A stretch of DNA of 64,000 nt from Myxococcota bacterium (GTDB lineage: Bacteria > Myxococcota_A > UBA9160 > UBA4427): contig OZ252299.1 of NCBI GenBank assembly GCA_965250285.1, forward strand, positions 192,001 through 256,000, given 5' to 3'. Of the stretch, positions 10,935 through 21,255 are shown piece after piece. The notes under the pieces were generated by a model that was given only the letters and a program-made list of their open reading frames with translations, did not search any database and had not been told where the DNA came from. Positions within the stretch are counted from its first letter, which is position 1, and each line of letters opens with the position of its first letter. The translations under genes and the position numbers were made by a program.

Positions 10935-12023
10935 TTGGCCGAGCAACCGCGCAAGAACGCGCCGCACGCGGGTTCGCCGGGCGAGGCCTCGCTGGCCGGG
11001 CCGCGCCCGATCCTGCGTGCGCGGCCCGAGGACTTTCGCGTCGACGAAGAGCTCGCCTATGCGCCCTCGGGCGAGGGGGGGCACACGTACGTGCGCGTCG
11101 AGAAGCGTCTGCTCGAGACCGAGCAGGTCGCGCGCCTGCTCGCCAAAGCGGCGGGCGTGCGCGCTTCGGAGGTCGGCTACGCCGGCCGAAAGGATCGGCG
11201 CGCCGTCGCGACGCAATGGCTGTCGGTGCCGGATCTCGCGCCGGCCGATGCCCTCGCCCTCGAGGCCGACGGGCTGCGTGTGCTCGAAGCGATCCCGCAT
11301 GCGCACAAGCTGCGGGTCGGACGCGTGCGCGCCAATCGCTTCGACGTCTGGATCCGGGGCGTCGATGCCGAACGGCGCAGCGCGATGGCGGCTGCGACCG
11401 AGCGGCTGCGCGCGCGGGGGCTGCCGAACCGGTTCGGTTCGCAGCGCTTCGGTCGCGGTGGGCGCAACGTCGAGCGGGCGCTCGCCCTCGCGCGGGGTGA
11501 GTTTCGCGAACGCGACCGACGCAAGGCGCGCTTCCTCTTCTCGGCTCTGCAAGCGCACGTCTTCAACGCCGTGCTCGATGCGCGGGAGCGGTCGATCGAC
11601 GAGGTCGAGGTCGGCGACGTCGCACAGGTCGTCGCGTCGGGAGGGCTCTTCGTCGTCGAAGACCTCGAGCGCGAACAGCCGCGTGCAGCGGCGTTCGAGA
11701 TCAGCGCGACCGGGCCGATCTTCGGCCCGAAGGCCAAAGCGCCCGCCTCGCCGGTCGCCGAACGCGAGCACGCCGTGCTGGTCGCGCTCGGTCTCGACGG
11801 CGTCTCGCCACCGCCCGGCGTGCGCGCGCGCGGCGACCGGCGAGCGATTCGGGTGCCGGTGCCCGATCTGGCCGCCGACGCCGAAGGAGACGATGTCCGG
11901 CTGCGCTTCACGCTGCCGTCGGGCAGCTACGCCACCGTGCTCGTCGAGCACCTCGTCGGTGCGTTCCAAGAGGTCGACGTATCGACCGCCGAGGTCACGC
12001 AGACGTCGCCGACGACCGAGTGA
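10935..12023 (+). CDS. truD: tRNA pseudouridine(13) synthase
   Basis: PEDFRVDE, GYAGRKDRRAVATQW, PNRFGSQRFG, FTLPSGSYAT. Confidence 0.95.
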   Translation: MAEQPRKNAPHAGSPGEASLAGPRPILRARPEDFRVDEELAYAPSGEGGHTYVRVEKRLLETEQVARLLAKAAGVRASEVGYAGRKDRRAVATQWLSVPDLAPADALALEADGLRVLEAIPHAHKLRVGRVRANRFDVWIRGVDAERRSAMAAATERLRARGLPNRFGSQRFGRGGRNVERALALARGEFRERDRRKARFLFSALQAHVFNAVLDARERSIDEVEVGDVAQVVASGGLFVVEDLEREQPRAAAFEISATGPIFGPKAKAPASPVAEREHAVLVALGLDGVSPPPGVRARGDRRAIRVPVPDLAADAEGDDVRLRFTLPSGSYATVLVEHLVGAFQEVDVSTAEVTQTSPTTE

Positions 12024-12098
12024 AAGGGCCCAGGGGCCCGTGTATCCTCGCGCCAGCGCGCGGGAAGCGGGCCATCGCGTGCCTGCCGAGGAGGAAAC

Positions 12099-13058
<960 letters not shown>

Positions 13059-13092
13059 ATCGCGGCCCGGCCATCGCGCCCCGGGACTGCGC

Positions 13093-13686
13093 GTGAACGC
13101 CGACCAGACCGCCCCCCTCGTCGGGGCGCATCTCGGCCGCGTGCCGCGGCTCGCCGACGACTGCTGGGTCGCCCCGGGCTGCCATCTGATCGGCGACGTC
13201 GAGGTCGGCCCCGACGCGAGCATCTGGTACGGCAGCGTGCTGCGCGGCGACGTCGAGCGCATCGTGATCGGCGCGCGATCGAATGTCCAGGACAACTCGA
13301 CGCTGCACGTGACGCGCGATCTGCATCCCTGCCTCATCGGCGAGGCGGTGACCATCGGGCACCGCGCGGTCGTGCACGGGTGCCGGGTGGGCGACGGCGC
13401 GCTGATCGGGATCGGCGCCATCGTGCTCGACGGCGCCGAGATCGGCGACGAGGCCTGGGTCGGGGCCGGCGCGACGGTGACGCCCGGCGCGGTGATCGAA
13501 AGTGGTATGCTGGCACTCGGCACGCCGGCGCGGGCCGTGCGGCGTCTCGAGCCCGACGAGATCCGCACACAGCGAGCGCGTACGCTCCACTACGTCGAGC
13601 TCTCGCGTGAGCATCTCGCAGCCGGTCTCGGGCGGCGTGGAGCCGACCTGTCTTCGGGTCGCGCTTCGGGGGCAGCTTCGAGCTGA
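13093..13686 (+). CDS. Gamma-carbonic anhydrase family (YrdA/PaaY-like) protein
   Basis: LIGDV, SIWYGSVLRGD, NVQDNSTLH, TIGHRAVVHGC; GTG start inferred. Confidence 0.92.
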   Translation: MNADQTAPLVGAHLGRVPRLADDCWVAPGCHLIGDVEVGPDASIWYGSVLRGDVERIVIGARSNVQDNSTLHVTRDLHPCLIGEAVTIGHRAVVHGCRVGDGALIGIGAIVLDGAEIGDEAWVGAGATVTPGAVIESGMLALGTPARAVRRLEPDEIRTQRARTLHYVELSREHLAAGLGRRGADLSSGRASGAASS

Positions 13687-13759
13687 CGTTCGCGTCGAGC
13701 CGAGACGTGCGGAGCGCGGACGGACCGCGTAGGCAACGAAGGGACCGAGGGAACCGCCG

Positions 13760-14458
13760 GTGACGACCGAGAGCCCCGAACAGGCCGAGCAAGAGGACTC
13801 GCGCGCGAACCGGGCCGAGCGCAAGGCACAGTCGCGGCGCCGCATCCTCGACAGCGCCCGCGACGTGTTCTTTCGAGACGGCTTCATGGCCGCGAATCTC
13901 GACGAGGTCGCGGAGCGTGCCGGCGTCGCGAAGGGCACGCTCTACCGCTACTTCGAAAGCAAGGCCGATCTCTACGTGGCCGTTCTGGCCGACAACGGCA
14001 ACCGATTCACTGAGCTCATGCGCGAGTGCGTCTCCGAAGGCACGTCGCCGATGGAGCAGCTCGAGCGCATCAGCGACTTCTACTACGACTACTGGACGCG
14101 CCACCCCGAGCTCTTTCAGATCTTCTGGGCCATCGACAATCAGCCCGTCATCGGTGATCTGCCCGACTCGGTGATCGATGAGGTCTCGCGTCTGTGGGAA
14201 GAGAGCCTGCGGGTGCTCGAGAGCGTGATCGTGCGCGCGGTCGAGCGCGGCGACTTCGTCGACTGCGATACGTGGGAGGTCGCTCACATCCTGTGGACGA
14301 CGGCGACCGCCCTGATCCAGTCCGAAACGACGTCGGCGCGCCGCAGTCTGCGCCGCGCGCCGCTCGAACGCGTCTTCAAGGACGCGATCCATCTGATTCT
14401 GAAGGGTCTCTCGAACGGGGGCGCGGTCGGCGGTTCGGGTGGATCGACCGCCGTTTGA
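13760..14458 (+). CDS. TetR/AcrR family transcriptional regulator
   Basis: N-terminal HTH: ILDSARDVF..DGF....LDEVAERAGVAKGTLYRYFESK. Confidence 0.93.
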   Translation: MTTESPEQAEQEDSRANRAERKAQSRRRILDSARDVFFRDGFMAANLDEVAERAGVAKGTLYRYFESKADLYVAVLADNGNRFTELMRECVSEGTSPMEQLERISDFYYDYWTRHPELFQIFWAIDNQPVIGDLPDSVIDEVSRLWEESLRVLESVIVRAVERGDFVDCDTWEVAHILWTTATALIQSETTSARRSLRRAPLERVFKDAIHLILKGLSNGGAVGGSGGSTAV

Positions 14459-14681
14459 CCGCAGCGCACCGCGGTCTGCTTGACACCGGCCTCAGGATGG
14501 GAAATTCTCGGCGTCCCAGGGTGTGACTCGGGGTCATTTTCGGGTGGCATCGTCCGTCGCGGCGACGCGAAGCGGATCGATCGGGTCGCCCGAAGACATT
14601 TTGGATGGAACGGCCGAGGCTGCGATCATCCCCCACGCGCGCGCGAAGCGCCGTCGGGAGCAGTTCGGTGAGGGGGACGCG

Positions 14682-14924
14682 ATGAGCGATGCGATGACGG
14701 GCAAGATTCGGGATCTGGTGGCGGAGCAGCTGGGCGTCGACGTCGGCACGCTCTCGTCGGAAGCCAACATCCTCGAGGATCTAGGCGCCGACTCGCTCGA
14801 CGTCGTCGAGCTCGTCATGGCCATCGAGGAAGAGTTCGACATCGAGATCCCCGACGAGGATGCGGAGTCGATGCGGACCCTGGGCGATGTCGAGAAGTAC
14901 GTGAGCGATCGCGTCGCGGCCTGA
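14682..14924 (+). CDS. acpP: Acyl carrier protein
   Basis: 80 aa, acidic; [30 protein letters not shown] (phosphopantetheine Ser motif). Confidence 0.95.
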   Translation: MSDAMTGKIRDLVAEQLGVDVGTLSSEANILEDLGADSLDVVELVMAIEEEFDIEIPDEDAESMRTLGDVEKYVSDRVAA

Positions 14925-14965
14925 GTACCGCCCGAGATCGGGGGCCGCCGGTCCCCGACCGAGCC

Positions 14966-15256
14966 TCAGCCTTCTCGCAGGCCCGGCAGCACCTCGTAGT
15001 ACGCCCCCAGTCCCGTGACCAGCAGCGACAGCGCGAGCGCGGCGTAGGGCCGCGCGTTCGCCCGCGTGACTTCGGCCGCCCGCAGCGTCAGGGTCTCTTC
15101 GTCGCCGCCCGCCTCGAGCACCTCGAGCAGGCCGGGCAGCGACATCAGCACCATGAACACGGCGGCGAACAAGACCAGGTAGAGGATGCCGATCGTGAAC
15201 CGCGGTCGAAACGCAGGAGCCCGGCGCGGCGGAGAGGGCGGTCGAGGGGACGACAT
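14966..15256 (-). CDS. Small two-TM hypothetical membrane protein
   Basis: Two hydrophobic stretches; fills the gap between acpP and polA. Confidence 0.6.
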   Translation of the reverse strand: MSSPRPPSPPRRAPAFRPRFTIGILYLVLFAAVFMVLMSLPGLLEVLEAGGDEETLTLRAAEVTRANARPYAALALSLLVTGLGAYYEVLPGLREG

Positions 15257-15359
15257 GCTGCGAGGCTACCGCGATCGCTGCGGCTCGGCCCGGCGCGGTT
15301 GCTCTCGACGCAGCTCGACGCGCGTTCCGCGCCGCCACCGACCCGGCTAACCTCCCGCC

Positions 15360-18068
15360 GTGGCCCCCAAGGACGACTCCTCGAAACAGCCCGCGCGTCG
15401 CCGTCTCGTCGTCATCGACGGCGCGAACACGGTCTACCGCGCATTCTTCGCCATCCCGCACCTGCGCGCGCCGGACGGCTTCCCGACCAACGCGCTGCAT
15501 GGGTTCGCGAACATGCTCGGGAAGGTGATCCGCGAGGAGTCGCCCGACTTCGTCGCTGTCGCGTTCGATCCGAAGGGCGGCAGCTTTCGCAACGACGTCT
15601 ATCCCGAGTACAAGGCGGGCCGCGACAAGCAGCCCGAAGACCTCTCGAAGCAGCTGCCCGTGCTGCGCGAGCTCGTCGACGCCTACGGGATCCAGCTGAT
15701 CGAGGTGCCGGGTTTCGAAGCCGACGACGTGGTCGCCACGCTCGTGGCGCAGGCCCCCGACGACGTCGATGTCTCGATCGTCAGCACCGACAAGGATCTG
15801 ATGCAGCTGGTGAGCGACCGCGTCGAGCTGCTCGACACGGTGAAGGATCGGCGCGTCGGCCCGAAGGAGGTCGAAGAGAAGTTCGGGGTGGGCCCCGATC
15901 GGCTTCTCGACGTCCGCGCCCTCGTCGGCGACTCGAGCGACAACATTCCCGGCGTGAAGGGGATCGGCGAGAAGGGCGCCGCCAAATTGATCGCGGAGTG
16001 GGGCAGCCTCGAGAAGCTGCTCGATCACGCGTCGGACGTGAAGGCGAAGCGCGCGCGTGAGGCGTTGATCGAACATCGCGACGCGGCCGTGTTGTCGAAG
16101 CAGCTCTCGACCCTGCGAGACGATGTCGCGCTGCCGTGCAGCCTCGAAGATCTTGCGCTGCCCGCGCCGGACGCCGACAAGCTGCGCCCGCTGTACGAGC
16201 GGCTGGGCTTCACCCGCCTGCTCGCCGCGCTCGAAGAGGGCGATGGCGGGTCTGCGCCGCAGAACGAAGCCGCCGAGGTCGAGATTCAGCGCTGCGTCCA
16301 GGCCGACGACATCCGGTCGAGCCTCGAGCGAGCCGCCGCGACGGGCGCGATCACGATGTGCTTGCTCGAGACCGGCGGCAGCGTCTGCGCGACCGTGCCC
16401 GTCGGTCTCGCACTCGCGCTCGGAGACGGCCGCGCGGCCTACGTGCCGCTCGACGCGAAGGCTTCGAACGAAGCGCCCGGGCTCGAAGCGGTGACCGAGG
16501 CATTGACTGCGGCATTCGCGAGCGAGACCACGGCCTGGGCGGCCCACGATGCGAAGCGCTGCGCGGCCTGGCTTCAATCGCTCGGTCTTGAGCCCGCCTC
16601 GCCCCGGGGCGACCTCTCGGTCGCCGCGTTCCTCGTCGACCCGGCCGGCTCGCACGCGGTCGATGCCCTCGCGTCGTCGCTGCTCGGCCGCAAGGTGCCG
16701 AGCCTCGAGGACGTCGCCGGGCGGGGCGCGAAGGCGACCCCGGTCGACGAGCTCGAGCTCGCCGTGGCCGAGCGCTTCGCCTGCGAGCAGGCGTGCGCCG
16801 TGGCCGAGCTGATCGAGCGGATGCACCCGCGCCTCGAGGAGCACGGCCTGGCCGATCTCTACCGCGACGTCGAGCTGCCGCTCACGACGGTGCTCGCGCG
16901 CGTCGAGCGAAACGGCGTGCGCATCGACGAAGAGAAGCTGGCCGCGCTCGGCCAGGAGTACGGCGATCTGCTCTCGAAGATCGAACAGGAGATCTACGAG
17001 CTGGCCGGCGAGGAGTTCTTGATCAGCTCGCCCAAGCAGCTGCAGGTGATCCTCTTCGAGAAGCTCAATCTGACGCCGCTCAAGAAGACGAAGACGGGCT
17101 ACTCGACGGCCGAGAGCGTGCTCGAGCAGCTGAAGCTCGATCATCCGCTGCCCGGTCGCATCCTCGACTATCGCAAGCTGTCGAAGCTGATGAGCACCTA
17201 CATCGACGCGCTGCCGCCGCTGGTCGACGAGCGCACCGGGCGAGTGCATCCGCAGTTCAACCAGAACGGGGCGGCCACCGGACGCATGAGCGCGACGCAC
17301 CCCAACGTGCAGAACATTCCGATCCGCGGCGAAGCGGGCGCCCGGATCCGCGAGGCGTTCGTCCCTGCGGTCGGTCGCGAGCTGATCTCGGCCGACTACT
17401 CGCAGGTCGAGCTGCGCATCCTGGCGCACTACTCGGGCGACGAGAGCCTGCGCGAAGCCTTCCGATCGGGGGAGGACATCCATGCGCGAACCGCCGCCGA
17501 GGTGGCGGGCATCTCGATCGATGAAGTCGACGCGGAGCGGCGCGCCCGTGCCAAGGCGGTCAACTTCGGGATCATCTACGGCTCTTCAGCGTTCGGTCTC
17601 GCGAACCAGCTCGGCATCGCGACCGGCGAGGCGCAGGAGACGATCGACGCCTACTTCGCGCGCTACGAGGGGGTGCGTCGATTCATCGACGAGACGATCG
17701 AAGACGCGCGCGACCGCGGCTACGTCACGACGTTGCTCGGACGTCGTCGCTACCTGCCCGATCTGCAGAGCCGCAATCGCGTGCTCAAGCAGGCCGCTGA
17801 ACGCATGGCCGTGAACACGGTCATCCAGGGCACGGCGGCCGATCTGATCAAGGCGGCGATGGTGCAGATCGACGGGATCGCGCGGGCCCAGTCGCTCGAT
17901 CTGACGATGATCTTGCAGGTGCACGACGAGCTGGTCTTCGAGATCGAACCGAGCGCGTTCGAAGCCCACAGCGAGCTGCTGCAGCACGAGATGACCCATG
18001 CGATGACTCTCTCGGTGCCCCTGGTGGTCGATGTCGGTCGGGGCGCGAACTGGCGTGAGGCGCACTGA
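15360..18068 (+). CDS. polA: DNA polymerase I
   Basis: 5'-3' exonuclease (VIDG...YRAFFA, EADDV, DKDL, GDSSDNIPGV) and polymerase motifs (SADYSQVELR, AKAVNFGIIYG, LQVHDEL). Confidence 0.98.
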   Translation: MAPKDDSSKQPARRRLVVIDGANTVYRAFFAIPHLRAPDGFPTNALHGFANMLGKVIREESPDFVAVAFDPKGGSFRNDVYPEYKAGRDKQPEDLSKQLPVLRELVDAYGIQLIEVPGFEADDVVATLVAQAPDDVDVSIVSTDKDLMQLVSDRVELLDTVKDRRVGPKEVEEKFGVGPDRLLDVRALVGDSSDNIPGVKGIGEKGAAKLIAEWGSLEKLLDHASDVKAKRAREALIEHRDAAVLSKQLSTLRDDVALPCSLEDLALPAPDADKLRPLYERLGFTRLLAALEEGDGGSAPQNEAAEVEIQRCVQADDIRSSLERAAATGAITMCLLETGGSVCATVPVGLALALGDGRAAYVPLDAKASNEAPGLEAVTEALTAAFASETTAWAAHDAKRCAAWLQSLGLEPASPRGDLSVAAFLVDPAGSHAVDALASSLLGRKVPSLEDVAGRGAKATPVDELELAVAERFACEQACAVAELIERMHPRLEEHGLADLYRDVELPLTTVLARVERNGVRIDEEKLAALGQEYGDLLSKIEQEIYELAGEEFLISSPKQLQVILFEKLNLTPLKKTKTGYSTAESVLEQLKLDHPLPGRILDYRKLSKLMSTYIDALPPLVDERTGRVHPQFNQNGAATGRMSATHPNVQNIPIRGEAGARIREAFVPAVGRELISADYSQVELRILAHYSGDESLREAFRSGEDIHARTAAEVAGISIDEVDAERRARAKAVNFGIIYGSSAFGLANQLGIATGEAQETIDAYFARYEGVRRFIDETIEDARDRGYVTTLLGRRRYLPDLQSRNRVLKQAAERMAVNTVIQGTAADLIKAAMVQIDGIARAQSLDLTMILQVHDELVFEIEPSAFEAHSELLQHEMTHAMTLSVPLVVDVGRGANWREAH

Positions 18069-18494
18069 AGCGGCTCGTGCGAGGCGCTCTGAAGCGCCCG
18101 CCTGGGGCTGCCCCTCGGGTGTGCGAGTTTTTTTCGAGACCGGGTGAAATTCCCTGCCACGGATCCGGTCGGGCGCCCACTTCCCCAGTACACATCAGAA
18201 TATCCCCTTCCCAGGGTGCCCGGGCTGACCGCATGGTTGACCCGGGTTTCTGCTTTCTGGGGCCGGATTCGGCCGAATGGGTGGATCGAACGCACGCGCG
18301 GGGCGCGCGGCCATTCGACGTCGGGCCCCGGCCTTCGCGTGGGCTGCCTGCGCAAGAAACTGCGCAGATGCGCTCTTCGAGGGCAGCCGACTTCCCTCTT
18401 GCGCACCGCGCGGGTCTCGGCACGACGTGCGTTGCGCGCGCAAGAGTCGGTGCAAGGTATTCGCGTTGGTGGGCTTCTCGAACCCGCGCGGGTT

Positions 18495-18510
18495 TGGCAA
18501 GCGCCTTGCT
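18495..18510 (+). promoter_or_regulatory. Putative sigma54 (-24/-12) promoter
   Basis: TGGCAAGCGCCTTGCT has GG-N10-GC spacing and matches TGGCA...TTGCW; 13 nt before ATG 18524. Confidence 0.6.
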
Positions 18511-18523
18511 CTTCAGCCGGGGT

Positions 18524-18859
18524 ATGGAAGCGCCCCGCCGCCCCCTCCGTATCCGCCGCCTGGCCACGCTCGCCGTCGCCGGGGGCAGCCTCGCGCTCAC
18601 GATGAGCGCGCCGGCAGAGGCATCGACACCGCCGTCGCCGGGGCTGCGGGTGGTGTGGGAGCGCGATCACTCGATCGACCCAGGCCTCGCGACGAGCCCG
18701 GCGCCGCGGCTGCCCGGGGAGCCCGGCCTCTGGCCGCGCATCGACCGAGGAGCGATGAGGCGAGTGCGCGAGGTGCCGTCCCCGGACGCCGCAGCGGGCG
18801 TCGACGTGCGCGGGCGCGCGCTGCCGGCGCGTCAATCGGCACTGGATGCACGCCGATGA
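18524..18859 (+). CDS. Small hypothetical, probably secreted, Pro/Arg-rich protein
   Basis: Signal-peptide-like N-terminus (RIRRLATLAVAGGSLALTMSAPAEA); downstream of a sigma54-like motif. Confidence 0.45.
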   Translation: MEAPRRPLRIRRLATLAVAGGSLALTMSAPAEASTPPSPGLRVVWERDHSIDPGLATSPAPRLPGEPGLWPRIDRGAMRRVREVPSPDAAAGVDVRGRALPARQSALDARR

Positions 18860-18920
18860 GGCACCTCGGCCTGACCGAAACGTCGCGTGTGCCGTGATCG
18901 GACGGCCGAGCTCGTTCGAC

Positions 18921-19481
18921 TCAGTCGAGCAGCTTGGCCTTGGCCACGGCGAACTCCTCCTCGGAGATGATGCCGTCGTCGGCCAACCTTCGAAGCTTGG
19001 CGATCTGATCCGCGAGCGATGACTGGTGCTGGATCTCGAGGGGGAACGACACGTCGGTCGTGACGACGAAGTCGGCCTCCTGATCGTCGATCTCGACGGC
19101 CGCACCGGGCGCGTCACCCTGATCGACTTCGTAGAGCACGAGTTCGTCGGTCTGGACCTGATCGGCTGCGATGCCCTGGGCCGCGACGCGACCCTCCCTC
19201 GAATCGAGGGCGTCGAGCGTCGTGCCGTCGACGTCGGCCTGGCGCTGTGCGGCTCGCTCCGCCGAAACGTTCTTGATCTCGGGGTTCAGGCGCTGGAGCG
19301 TGCGCTTTTCCGACGCTTCGAGGGCGACGTGGTTCGCCTTCATGAAGACGAACAGGCCGAGAACGCAGATGATCAAGCCGGGAAAGAAGGCAATGGCCGG
19401 GAGCAACCCGTTGGTCGTGCCCAGGAACGTGAGCGCGCCCACGACGAGCAGAAGCAATCCGGTCGGCCGGGACGGTTTCAT
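18921..19481 (-). CDS. SHOCT-domain membrane protein
   Basis: Two N-terminal TM helices; C-terminal LADQIAKLRRLADDGIISEEEFAVAKAKLL (SHOCT); ATG 19481 with GGAG upstream. Confidence 0.85.
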   Translation of the reverse strand: MKPSRPTGLLLLVVGALTFLGTTNGLLPAIAFFPGLIICVLGLFVFMKANHVALEASEKRTLQRLNPEIKNVSAERAAQRQADVDGTTLDALDSREGRVAAQGIAADQVQTDELVLYEVDQGDAPGAAVEIDDQEADFVVTTDVSFPLEIQHQSSLADQIAKLRRLADDGIISEEEFAVAKAKLLD

Positions 19482-19542
19482 GGCGGACTCCGCAAGAGAC
19501 GGTCGACGGCCGCGGCGCGCGACCGGCGAATCGTGTGACTCG

Positions 19543-19569
19543 ATCGGCGAAACGCCCCGCGAGACTTGA
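19543..19569 (-). promoter_or_regulatory. Putative sigma28 (FliA/WhiG-type) promoter
   Basis: Minus strand TCAAG-N16-GCCGAT upstream of the SHOCT gene. Confidence 0.45.
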
Positions 19570-19584
19570 GATCGTTCGCAGCCG

Positions 19585-19617
19585 CCCCCCCCCCCCCCCC
19601 CCCCCCCCCGGGGGGGG
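19585..19617. repeat. Homopolymer tract: C25 immediately followed by G8
   Basis: Read directly: C at 19585-19609, G at 19610-19617; intergenic. Confidence 0.9.
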
Positions 19618-19833
19618 ATGAGGTCAAGGCGCTGGGCCGAGCGTGGGTGGGCGAGCAGCGCCGGGTCCGGGCCCAGGTCGAGGGGTTCGAGGCCGCTGCG
19701 GGCCATCGCAGGGCGTGCGGGGCGCCGCCTTCGGGTTCCAGAAAAAATGGCCCATCTCTTTGCCCGATCGGCGGCGGGCTCTCGCTTACGGGGATGAGGC
19801 CCATGACGGGCCCGAACATCGAGGAGCCCGCCG

Positions 19834-20484
19834 ATGAACCCCGTGCCGTGCGACCCCGCCGCCCGACCCAACCCGATCCAGCCGGCCGAAACGCCCCAGC
19901 GCCCGACATTCGCCGGGCTTCGCCCCAGGGAGCGCCAGCTCGTGCTGGGGCTGCTCGACCGCAGCCCCGATGCCTTCGATGCCTTCGATCGCGAGTACCG
20001 CGAGCGCATCCGCCGCTTCGCGCTCAAGCGGCTGCGCGACCCCGTCGAGGCCGAGGACGTCTGCCAGGATGTCTTCCTCGACGTACACCGCAGCATCGCG
20101 ACGTTCGAGGGGCGGTCGAGCTTCACGACCTGGATCTTCGGCATCGCGCACCATCAGGTGCATCGTCGGTTTCGCCGGCGAGGCCGCGACCACATCTCGC
20201 TCGAGAGCCAGACCGTAGAGGACCTCGCGGTCGAGCGGCCGCGCATCGAGGCCCGTGTCGATGCGGCGCGCACGCTCGCCGTGCTCGACCGCGCGCTCGA
20301 AGAGGACGTCTCGCCGCGACATCGCCAGATCTTTCATCGCCGCTACCGCGATGGGCTGGCGACGCGAGAGATCGCGAGCGAGATCGGCCGCTCGAATCAG
20401 TCGGTGAAGATCAGCCTGTTCCGCACCCGACGCACGCTCGAGGCGCGTGCCCATGGGCTCGGAGAGCTGCTCGAGGCGTGCTGA
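19834..20484 (+). CDS. ECF RNA polymerase sigma factor
   Basis: Region 2 (EAEDVCQDVFL...FEGRSSFTTWIFGIA) and region 4 (REIASEIG.S..SVKISLFR.R). Confidence 0.92.
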   Translation: MNPVPCDPAARPNPIQPAETPQRPTFAGLRPRERQLVLGLLDRSPDAFDAFDREYRERIRRFALKRLRDPVEAEDVCQDVFLDVHRSIATFEGRSSFTTWIFGIAHHQVHRRFRRRGRDHISLESQTVEDLAVERPRIEARVDAARTLAVLDRALEEDVSPRHRQIFHRRYRDGLATREIASEIGRSNQSVKISLFRTRRTLEARAHGLGELLEAC

Positions 20485-20524
20485 GGCGCTGCCACGTGTG
20501 CGAACCGCGCGACCGGCGACTGCG

Positions 20525-21106
20525 TCAGTCTGCGAGATGCTTCGCGAGCTGCTCGCGCGCAAGGCTCCAGTCGTTCTTCGCCGTTCGCTCCGACACACCG
20601 ATCTCGCGCGCGATCTCGGGGAAGGCGAGGCCACCAAAGACGCGCAGCGTGACGACGGTCGCCGCTCGATCGTTGCGCAGGGCGAGGGCCTCGAGCGCTT
20701 CGCGCGCGGCGTCGAAACCGGCCTCGTCGTTCTCGAGCGCGGGAAAGATCGACTCATCGAGGCTCTGGCGCACTGCACCGCCGCCGCGTTTGTCGGCCAC
20801 CCGGGCCCGGGCGTGGTCGATCAGCACATGGCGCATGATGGCCGAAGCGGTGGCGTAGAAGTGCGAACGATCCCGCCAGGCGTCGGCCGAGCGCGTCGCG
20901 AGCCGCACGTACGTCTCGTTCACGACGGCAGTCGCACCGAGGGTATGGTCGGGGCGCTCGCCCCGACACAGGGCGCCCGCCCGCGCCCGCAGCTCGGGGT
21001 AGACCAACGCCCAGAGCCGATCGGCGGCCGGCCCCTCACCCGATGTGCGCAGCAGCTCGGTGATCTCACCGGGGCGCCCCTCTGCGTCGCGCGCGTCATC
21101 GACCAT
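20525..21106 (-). CDS. ECF-type sigma factor of the Ser/Thr-kinase-associated (TIGR02999-like) type
   Basis: ITELL...LWALVYPELR..A.....ERPDHTLGATAVVNETYVRL, HFYATASAIMRHVLIDHAR...KRGG, SERTAKNDW..AR. Confidence 0.9.
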   Translation of the reverse strand: MVDDARDAEGRPGEITELLRTSGEGPAADRLWALVYPELRARAGALCRGERPDHTLGATAVVNETYVRLATRSADAWRDRSHFYATASAIMRHVLIDHARARVADKRGGGAVRQSLDESIFPALENDEAGFDAAREALEALALRNDRAATVVTLRVFGGLAFPEIAREIGVSERTAKNDWSLAREQLAKHLAD

Positions 21107-21255
21107 GTTCGCTCCTCGAACTGCACCCCGAGGCTAGCAGGCGCGCCCGGTCCTCCAGCGCACGACGAGGTAGACTGCGCTCCCTTCGCGGCCGCCCATG
21201 CGCCGCGCAGAGACCACGACGTCGCGTACGCAGCGCGACTCAAGGGAGCGAATCG

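Noticed and set aside
14781..17483. 900-aa minus-strand ORF
   Set aside because: Antisense shadow of polA.
18100..18300. tRNA, 6S or SRP RNA call for the structured region after polA
   Set aside because: I could not fit a cloverleaf or recognise diagnostic motifs by eye; left as an unassigned finding.
19748..19763. TGGCCCATCTCTTTGC as a sigma54 promoter for the ECF gene
   Set aside because: GG-to-GC spacing is 11 rather than the required 10.
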